Assembly (NCBI RefSeq): GCF_009914755.1 | Contig: NC_060926.1 | Strand: one strand, 5' to 3' | DNA from: the human T2T-CHM13v2.0 reference genome, Homo sapiens | DNA length: 64,000 bases | Shown here: positions 54,097-64,000 of the stretch, piece by piece | Numbering within the stretch: position 1 is the first letter of the stretch | How the letters are laid out: each line of letters starts with the position of its first letter | Notes under the pieces: model-generated | What the model saw: only the letters and a program-made list of their open reading frames with translations | Told to the model about the DNA's origin: nothing | The model's database searches: none | Translations under genes and position numbers: made by a program

Positions 54097-57000
54097 GTAA
54101 GTCTTGGGATCTCCATTCTCATGTCTTGGTGGATTCTGTTCTGCAATCGTGTTGCTCTTTTGGAAGCATAGATAGCAGGAAAAGAGAACAGACCAGGTGT
54201 TTACCAAAGAGAGTCAGGTGAAACCAAAGAACTGCTTTGGGAGAGCGCGTGTCGTGTGTGTTGTTTCTGAATCCATTTTTTGTTTGTTTGTTTTAATATG
54301 GAACAGGTGGATGGAGAATAAGCTCTTTCACTTTTTACTTGGCTGATTTCTTCTCGGTCATTTTAGTGGCTGCATTTTGAAGTAGGTAAGATTTCAATTG
54401 GTAAAGGTAGATGATTGATGGAAACAGCTGAGGATATAGTAAGTCCTCTGTTACAAAGAGCACTTTTAAACCTAAGGATAGCTGTAGATGCGAATCTTCA
54501 CCCCTAAGAGGCATTAATAAATCTACTAGGTTTAAAAAACGTGTGGATAGGGTTGTTTAAGGAAAAGTTCTAAATGTAGTAAAATTTGGAGGTGTTTTAT
54601 TGATTCATAGTCAGGAATTGCTTATAAGAGTGAGTCTCTTAAGTTTTCAAATAGGTATGTATGACTGGTATCTAATTGTATTTTGGCACATAATAGCCAT
54701 CCTCTCCTATAGTTGTAAAATGTGACAGTTTCTGTGTACCTGTAACCTGCAAGAAGGTGATGAAACTCATATTCTTTGCCTTGAAAGGCACTAAATTATG
54801 GCTGTATTGATTTGCTACATTCATTCAGCAGAGGCGATGCTTGCAACAGTGGATGATCTGTGCTTCCCCCTTTCCTGGACTTTCGGGTTTGAGATAATTT
54901 AGCACAAATTGGGGAAAAATGTAGATAAAGTGAGGTCTCGATATTACATTTTGAAGGAATGCCCTGTATAGCTACCAGGTGGGTAACAGAGACACTGAAA
55001 ATCTGCTCACAGCTACTGAAGTCCATGTTAGGTATTATTAGAACACCCCGAGGCAATGCTGAAACAAAGCAGCCATTCAGTGTCTCTCCCTCCAGCATCT
55101 TACCACTCCCATCATGAGTAAAAATATGTAGCTAACAGACATGCAAGCAAGGAATGAGTGTTGACAGTAGCAGTGCTCCTCCTGCTGACCCTCCAGAGAA
55201 CTCACTGAGAAAGCAAAAAGATGTCAATGAGAAAACCTAACAAACTAAAAAAAACAAAATTTGTTTCCTTTCCATGAACCTTCAGATTCTTTGATTTTGG
55301 AAGACTTGGCCTTTTTCAGCACACAAAGAATAAAATGTGGATGCATCATGTGGCACCCAGCTGCTTATGAGGACGTCTCTATAGGACCCTGGATGACCAA
55401 CACTTTCTGTAATTTTGATCCATGGTATTACGTAGGGTGCAGCTAGAAATGTTGACCCCACAGTCTCCCAGCTGAGTGAATCTTTTGAATAGCAGATGTG
55501 TCAACGAAGAATGCTTATGAAATCTGAGACGCTGTTTGTTTGTTCGTTGTTGTTGTTAACAAAATAGCAAAGGGCTAATTACATGGATGTGGAATTTGGT
55601 TTTACATTAAGGCACGCTAGTGGTTCTATTAATGAATAGTTACTGCCAAAGAAGGAAGTAGAAACTACAGAGATCACAGTGATGGTTAAGATCTCAATAT
55701 AAATAAATCAGACAAAAAAGTATGTTCTTCTAAATAGAAATCACAGAACGTGACTAAATAAGAGTTGATCAACACGTGACATGTAATTTTCAGTTTGGTG
55801 TCTAGAATCCTGCCAACTAGAAGTTTTTCTTTCAGTGTAATCTCATGCAGATCAGCAGAGCTGATGGATTTTTGTATTTTATTGACTCCAGGCACTTTTT
55901 GTTTTCTGTTCGCAGCCTCGTGATGCAGGAATGTTTTGTGCTTTATTGAAATCTTAGTTTCTATTTTGACATGGTTACAGACAATACATCAATGGGTATA
56001 GTGCTTAAATTTCAAAATGCACAAGTTCTATTCACATTGAACCATCATGATCAAAGCCTGAAATAAAACACCTCCTACTTGACATTTATGTAAACTGTAT
56101 AACATTTAGTTGGACTTCACACTTGTTTGGTGATTTCAAGGTAGAATTGGATGCAGCCAGATCACCTTCATAATTCCTGTCCAGTGCACTCATTTCTCCT
56201 GCTGCACAGTCAATTTGTATTTATTTTGATATAGCATGTATGAATACAAAAACACATACACATCCATGCCCTGACTGAAAAGTCTATTGTAGTTAACAGC
56301 AAACAGTAAATCAGTCTATCGTTCCTGGGCTGTTATCTTTCTCTTTCAATTTCATAAGCTCTGAGAATAAAGGTATTATCAAATGATCACCTTGCAAGTT
56401 TTCATCCTAATGTGCTAGGCAGTACCATTAGGATAAACAAGTTGTTAAACTGAAAATATTTAAAAATCAGCATAACTGACATTTCTGTTTTCTAAAAATC
56501 TCCTCATCAGTCCCAGATGAACATTCCACTTACACAATGCTTGCTTGTGGCTGAAGCTGTTCTAAAATTGTATACATGCCAAATTGTATGACACAGAGGG
56601 AGACAGAGGTTGTGGAGAGAAGCTGTGTATCACACCTGATAGAAAAAGGGTCTTCATGGAGCATGGGCTATGACTTAGCCACGTAGCTTCCATTGAGCTC
56701 AATAGGATAGCAGTCACATGTTAGATATTTCCACAAATGTGTATTCTACTTAATGAACGTGGGTGTGCAACTTGAAGATGTCAACAGAATTGTGCAGTTA
56801 AAAGAAGTGGTGATATTTGAAAAAAGGCTGGGTGAACAGAGGCATGGGGTGAAAATCATCACAGATCATGGCGGTGGTAGAAAGGATGGTTGGAATTCTT
56901 TTAGGAAAGCCTTGGCTAGACTTAAGTTGCTTTATCAAGTTGAAGATATAATCCAAAGTGAAAAGATTCTTAAAAAATAATCCCCCTTTAAGTAAACTAT

Positions 57001-57264
57001 TATTATTGTACATATGTGAAGACTAATGGGTAGAGAGAGACTTAAAAGGATGCGCGGCCTATAGATGTTAATTGGGATGAGTGCCGTCAGTGTGGTGGTT
57101 GAAGTATTATGCTGAGTACTTTAAATAGTTCCAAATTATAGTGAACACATAAACCTTCCTTGGGAACTTATAATTTTATGCAGCTTTCTTTGGTGGCAGT
57201 ATAAACATAACATTTTATGGGTTTTATTAATAAGAATATTGTGAGGAATGCAAATTTAGAATAT

Positions 57265-57985
57265 TTTATTCATTCAACAAATGTGTATTGTCTGCTGGCC
57301 ATTTGTGCCAGGCATTGCTCTAGGCTTCTGGGGATACAGAAAGTACCAGAACAGGTAAAATTCTCTGCTTGCTCTCATGCAGCTTACACTGTTGTGGGAG
57401 GAGACAGACAGTAAATACTAAGTGATATGAGCAAGAGTCACTTCAGATAGTGATATATGCAAAGAGGAAGTCTAAAACATGGGAGTTAGAGGACGCTGGG
57501 TAGTACTGAAGTTAAGAATGGCCTAGGAAGGTGCGTTGAAAGGATGACATTAGATCAAAGACTTCTCAGAAGTGAGGAAGCAAAGAGGCCTTGAGGAGGA
57601 AGGGATGACAAGGTCAAGGGCCTTGCTGTGAATGGGTGCCTGGTGCACCCACCCGTTTGAAGCACCATGGGAGTCACAGCAGCTATTGTGAGTAGAGGGG
57701 TAGCAGGAGATGGCGTCTGTATGGTGCTGAGGCATCAGTCGGTGCAGGGTGTGGTGAACCATTATACAGAATTTGACTTTCATTCTAATGGAATGAGAGG
57801 CCATTGCACAGTAGTGAGTGAAAAATGCCATGATTCAGGTGCTGAGAACAGGCCACAAAGGCAAAAGGCGTAAAAGCAGGAGGACAGGTGAGGAGGCCCT
57901 GCGTCCCGTAATATTCATGAGAGGATGGTCTCTTGGGCCAGGGGATAGCAATAGAAGTGGCATAAAGTATTCAAATACTGACTAT
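57265..57985 (-). mobile_element. L2 LINE 3' remnant
   Basis: Starts ttattcattcaacaaatgtgtattg...tgtgccaggcattgctctagg. Confidence 0.7.
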
Positions 57986-58184
57986 AAATAAAATTTGCTT
58001 ATAAATTAACTAGTAAGAAGAATGTGTCTGTTTTATGAACATAAAATCAATATTTGCATTTTGGATGATTTGCATTTTGAATGACAGTTGCAGTTGTATC
58101 AATTGCAGCTCATATGATATCTTCATTTGGTTTTGGTTGCACAGGAAATTCTGATTTACTTGGGTGTTGAAAGTAGCTTACTTG

Positions 58185-58570
<386 letters not shown>

Positions 58571-59591
58571 TCAACGTTGTATCACCAAAAATGTCTAAGT
58601 ATGGTTCACATTCTTATAAAAGACTAGAAAAATTTAATACTTATTCTAAGTATTAAACTGTAATGCAGAACTGTAAGGAGAAAAATTACTACTTATTCTA
58701 GGTACTAAAACTGTAAATGAAGAACAATAAGGAAATTCATTAAACTGTTACTTCTTTATGCACAATTCATGGTTAGGCCTATGATGAGAATATGCAATGA
58801 GCAGATGTGCCTGGTCCTTGTTGTGTCTTGTGCTGCTGTACAACCTGTTTCAATTTTATATGCATAAACTCTCTGTGTAGCTCGAATTTTTTTTAAGACT
58901 AATTTAGAGCTACAGTTTTCTTAAACAATCATGCAGTTAAACTATTTTCAAATGATGGCAGAGATCCTGGTGGCATAAAGTAATGCTGCTGTTCTCTGCT
59001 GTAAAATATGGTGAGACATTTTTAATTGTATTTTTAAAAATAATTACAATTGTATATTTTTTTAAATTTTGGATCCAACTTTTTTTCAAGCCTCTTGAAG
59101 CATCTAAGTGGATCCCTGGGGTTAACAATTTATAAACCATTAATATATAGAAGGTATTAAAAGCACATGAAGACATATTGATATGGGAACATATATACAT
59201 ATTACAAGTGTTTGAAGCATTGTCATAGCCTTTGTTAGAGAGTAGAATTTAACATAAAGTGGGTTCCTGAAGGAGCCCACTTGTGAGGATTTGAGGACTA
59301 AAATAGGATCTAAAAAGGTTATTTCCAGCCCGGTTTTATGGCCTATACACAGCAAGCCTCCAGCATGCTGTTCCACAACACTAGATGAGTAATACATGAG
59401 ATGATATCCAGGGCCACGAGATCTCTAAGAATGTGGCTTTTACATTTTTGTATAGTGGAAAAGAAATATATGTTCACTAGAAAGAACAAAAAGACAAAGA
59501 AGAAAATAAAACATCTCATCCCCCAAAATAACTGCTAATAATTTGGTATGTGTCTTTCCAATGTTTCTGAGCATATAGGAGTGGTATATTT

Positions 59592-59630
59592 ACACACACA
59601 CACAAACACACACACACACACACACACACA
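59592..59630. repeat. (CA)n microsatellite with one interruption
   Basis: Seen directly. Confidence 0.9.
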
Positions 59631-60817
59631 TTACACTTTGCTTATTTTTTATAAAATGGACTCATATTGTAAATGCTGTTTTGCAATCTATTCTCTTTAC
59701 TCAATATATTGTGAATATGTTACCATATCAATAAACATTCTCTAACCTTATGTTTACTGGCTGCATAGCATTTTATTATATGAATATGTGATAATTCATT
59801 TAGAAGCAATTCATTTTGAGTGTATTTTTAGGGAAGAGCCTTGGAAAAGATAAGTAGGGAAAACTTTTCCTGCTGGCAGTACAGAGTTCTGATTTTAGAC
59901 CCAAAGCGTGACTAGGAACAAAATGAGAACGAAGTGAGGACACAGCTTTACAGTTTCTGTGGTTCAGGGGATCCCTGACAAGTCTTGTGCAATCGGATTT
60001 TTGCATATAAACAAAATTTAAGTGCCTCTGGGATTCTATTTGAAATAATCTTATGTTTATTTATATTCATTTTCTATATAAATCTGATTTTTATCTATCA
60101 GAATTTATTTAAGTTGGCTGTATATTACTGCCGAGAGAGGCCCAGAACAACTAGTTGGCAAGTTCAGTATTTGGGTTTGATCTAAAATCCCAGAGAAAGA
60201 TCGAAACCTTCCGAAGGGACTGTCATCAGAAAGATAACTTTGCCATAGGAATTGCTATACTGCCACATTTCTCCCATATGGGAAGCATGAAAAAGACTGA
60301 GTAGCTCTTATTACTTAAGAATAAGGCTCATCGTTGATTAAACATGAAATTTGTTTTGAGTATTATCTGGATCTTCTCTTTTCTCTCCTTCCTATTATTA
60401 TGTAGATGAGGGAATGCAACTCCCTGAAGTCAGCTTGGCTAATAATAACTTTCTCTATTAAAAGGTGTGACAACACAATATAGAAAGTAATGTTTGAAAA
60501 TGTTTGTGGGCAATCGAGATCGAATGTTGCCCATACCTTTGCCTAATGGCCCTGCATTCTAACGCAAAATTAAGAGCTGCCTAATGAGATTGGTAGCTTC
60601 ATTCAAGGGGAAGAGTCCTAATATTCTACATTGGTGCCTGTGGTGAGGTTTTCCTTGCGTTTTTCTTACTTGTATCTTTTCTTCTCTTTCCTGTTCTCTT
60701 TCTTCACTGTATGTTCAATGCCCTCATCTCTATTAATTTTGAACTTCAGATTCCTCTGTGCATTTACACTTCCCATGCAAAACTTTTGCTTCCTTGAACA
60801 GAGTTTTCTAATTCTTC

Positions 60818-60867
60818 CCCCTCCCCTCCCCTCCCCTCCCCTCCCCTCCCCTCCCCTCCCCTCCCCT
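60818..60867. repeat. (CCCCT)10 pentanucleotide repeat
   Basis: 10 perfect units next to the T-tail of a minus-strand Alu. Confidence 0.95.
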
Positions 60868-60875
60868 CCCTTCTC

Positions 60876-61666
<791 letters not shown>

Positions 61667-64000
61667 TTTAAATTTGTTTTTAATTGGTATTTCTTGCTCA
61701 GATATTGCCAGAGTACAGCTATGTTACCAATCCTTTCTCTGAGGTGAAAAACTATCCTTTGAATCTACTCCTCAAAAGAAATATACATAGTTGGCACGGA
61801 AGTCTTTCTGCCCTTGCAACATGGCACTTACAATTCTGTTTGGCTGCATTTCTAGGTAGATTTCACTCTAACTCCCAGAGAAACTGGGAAACTGGTAGAG
61901 GGTTTTTTTTCTTACTTCCTTTTTCTTACATTATTATGATCATACTCCCTTTCTAAAGGTGCTCAACTGTGTTTACTGTAATGCGATCTTAGAGAGCCAA
62001 TGGATGTTGTGCAGGGATATGTTGGCTGGTGCTGACCCAGGCACAGGTGGTGGGAGAATCTCCAGTCATGCTGGCAGGACATCTTCTCTGGTAGAATCAT
62101 GACAGGGAGAGTGTGAGAGCTTGTGTCAGGTTCAGGTGTTGCCCAGAGCATGTGTGCACTGGCTTTGAAAAGTTCCAGGAGGAGATCTAGACTGGCATGA
62201 GGGTGTTCTGGATACAGTACCCATCAGAGCTATGGAACACAGATGTAGGTAACATCCAGGCCCTGTGGGAACATGGCAGGTCTTCTTGGGCCTTAATGTG
62301 CCCAAGGTATGGGATGATTATTCAAGTGGGGGACTTAGGTCCTCTGAAAAGTATGACAACTCCAGGAGCTCCCTGTTGCCTTCATTGCGGTGAAAAAACA
62401 GTATTGAACAATCAATACTTCTATCTCATTCCCCCACTCACTGCCCTCTAACCCAACATTTTATCTCCTTCCTTCCCTCCCTCTTTTTCTTCCTTCCAAC
62501 TGTATGCCTGGTGAAATCCTTAAAAACTCTTTTGAATTCATGAATGAACTCATAGGAATGTAAGGGCATTACTAGAAGAAAAGAAATGACAAGAAAGTAA
62601 TTAACTGGAGATGGGCCTGCAGACTTTTCATGGCCTAGACTTGGGTTTTAAGTGAGGCATTAGGTGCAAAGAACAGGACAAAGAACATTGATTCAAAGAA
62701 CAAAGCCTGATGACCCAGCTAGATGGCCAGCTAGATTAGGGGCCTCAGCAGAAAGTCTGGATTCCCAGTTAATGAAACCATTGGGGTTTGATCTAAGAAA
62801 GTAAAACTTCCATACAGAGAGTAAAAATGGGAATGTGTGCTGTCTTGGCCTTTAAAGAGCTATAAAACAAAAACACCTTATCCTCTAAAAATTTCTAACC
62901 ACAAGCCCATAATCACTCAGTATCAGGGCCAGAAGCTAGATTCCAGCATGACCTAAAGTTTATCCAGAATGTATTTTAAAGGCATTTTGGGTGGTGGGTT
63001 GCCAGGTACTTGGTAGAAGCAAATACTAATGCCTTCCAGAGGAACATACTTTAAACCTGGGGCTCAAAAAATTTCCAAAGATAAAGTTACAAAGAACATA
63101 AGTTGACCTTCCAGAATCCCTAAAAGCAAAACAGAACAAGCCACTGTGAATGAGAGTTGGCAATAACAACCGGTTATGGATTAGCCCTACAGGGTTTCAA
63201 GTTTGCAATTATTAGGTACAGATTATAAAATATTTCAAAGAAATTGAAGAGAATATTGGACATGTGATGAAGGAGCAGGAGGCTGTCAGCACTGACTGGG
63301 CAGACTTGGAAAGCAGGGCTGGGAGTTGTGGTGCTAGAGGGATATGGGCTTACTTGAATGGGTGGGGCAGGCGGTTCTTGGCCAAGCCTCCTCTTGGTAG
63401 CCTTCTATGCCACAAGCCTGGACAAATAAGGAAGAAGGAAACATGGTAGCTGAGAGTGTCTGGCCTTTGCTGTTCAGAGCGGTGCTGTTGGTAAACTCTT
63501 GACTGGGATCTGGTAATCTCTTAGCAACCCTGTGGTTGGGTATCATTCAGCTTATCCATGGCAGACTTCTCTAAATGAACTCTTCCTGGTAACAGAATGG
63601 AAAAAGAAAATCTGCCAAATGAAAGAGGAGATGGAAATAAAAATCTGCCTCAACAGCAAAATTAAGTTCCGCACTTAGAACTCTAGCTAGTTTCTCTCCT
63701 TATCAAACAAACTCCTTACTGAGCCCTTGAAAGGTGGTTCGGTCAATAGGATGAGGAAGAGCAAGTAATATTATGAGAGAGGAAAGGGCTTTCTCTGACT
63801 TAGTAGCTGAGATTGTTGACAGAGCTGACAGCCAAGTCATCAGATTTGGCCAGTCTGGACAGCACATACCTGGACAGCACAATTGATCTTCTCGGAAGAG
63901 GCTTCTGGTATTTCAAAGAAGACCTCACAAAATTGTCAGGGAGAGCAGCAGGCTGCACTCCACCATCAAAATGATGAACCTGGGAAAACCTTCCCTTTGA

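Noticed and set aside
53746-54207. 153-aa minus-strand ORF (also 18363-18722 and 2236-2439)
   Set aside because: Antisense shadows of GC-rich CTNNA2 exons, with no independent coding evidence.
63855-63881. CTGGACAGCACA repeated with a 15-nt period (RE1 right-half-like)
   Set aside because: No left half-site. A short tandem duplication is unremarkable.

Overview
Human genomic DNA (it carries a human-specific AluYa5), almost all intronic. The window lies inside CTNNA2 (alpha-N-catenin, + strand) and holds four consecutive coding exons with canonical AG/GT boundaries: 2298-2464, 14115-14234, 18375-18641 and 53893-54096 (exons 4-7 in the usual numbering, recalled). Spliced, they give one continuous frame, (G)ETMRIASSEF...DLLSEYMNN. 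An antisense hairpin at about 10794-10882 contains the sequence I recall as hsa-miR-8080. The rest is AT-rich intron with about 11 Alus, one near-full-length antisense L1PA with an internal deletion, MaLR/ERVL solo LTRs, L2/MIR/MamSINE1 fossils, hAT DNA-transposon remnants and microsatellites. The other ORF-track entries are L1/Alu/simple-repeat artefacts or short chance frames. I found no new multi-gene system. The best leads concern RNA processing and repeats: a recursive-splice-type exon 4 start, three symmetric exons bracketed by inverted Alus, competing or cryptic splice sites, a (TTC)23 tract, an Alu-tail (GAGGG)10 repeat, and an unexplained exact 21-nt duplicate of part of the miR-8080 hairpin. 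Repeat subfamily calls come from remembered consensus sequences and their boundaries are approximate.
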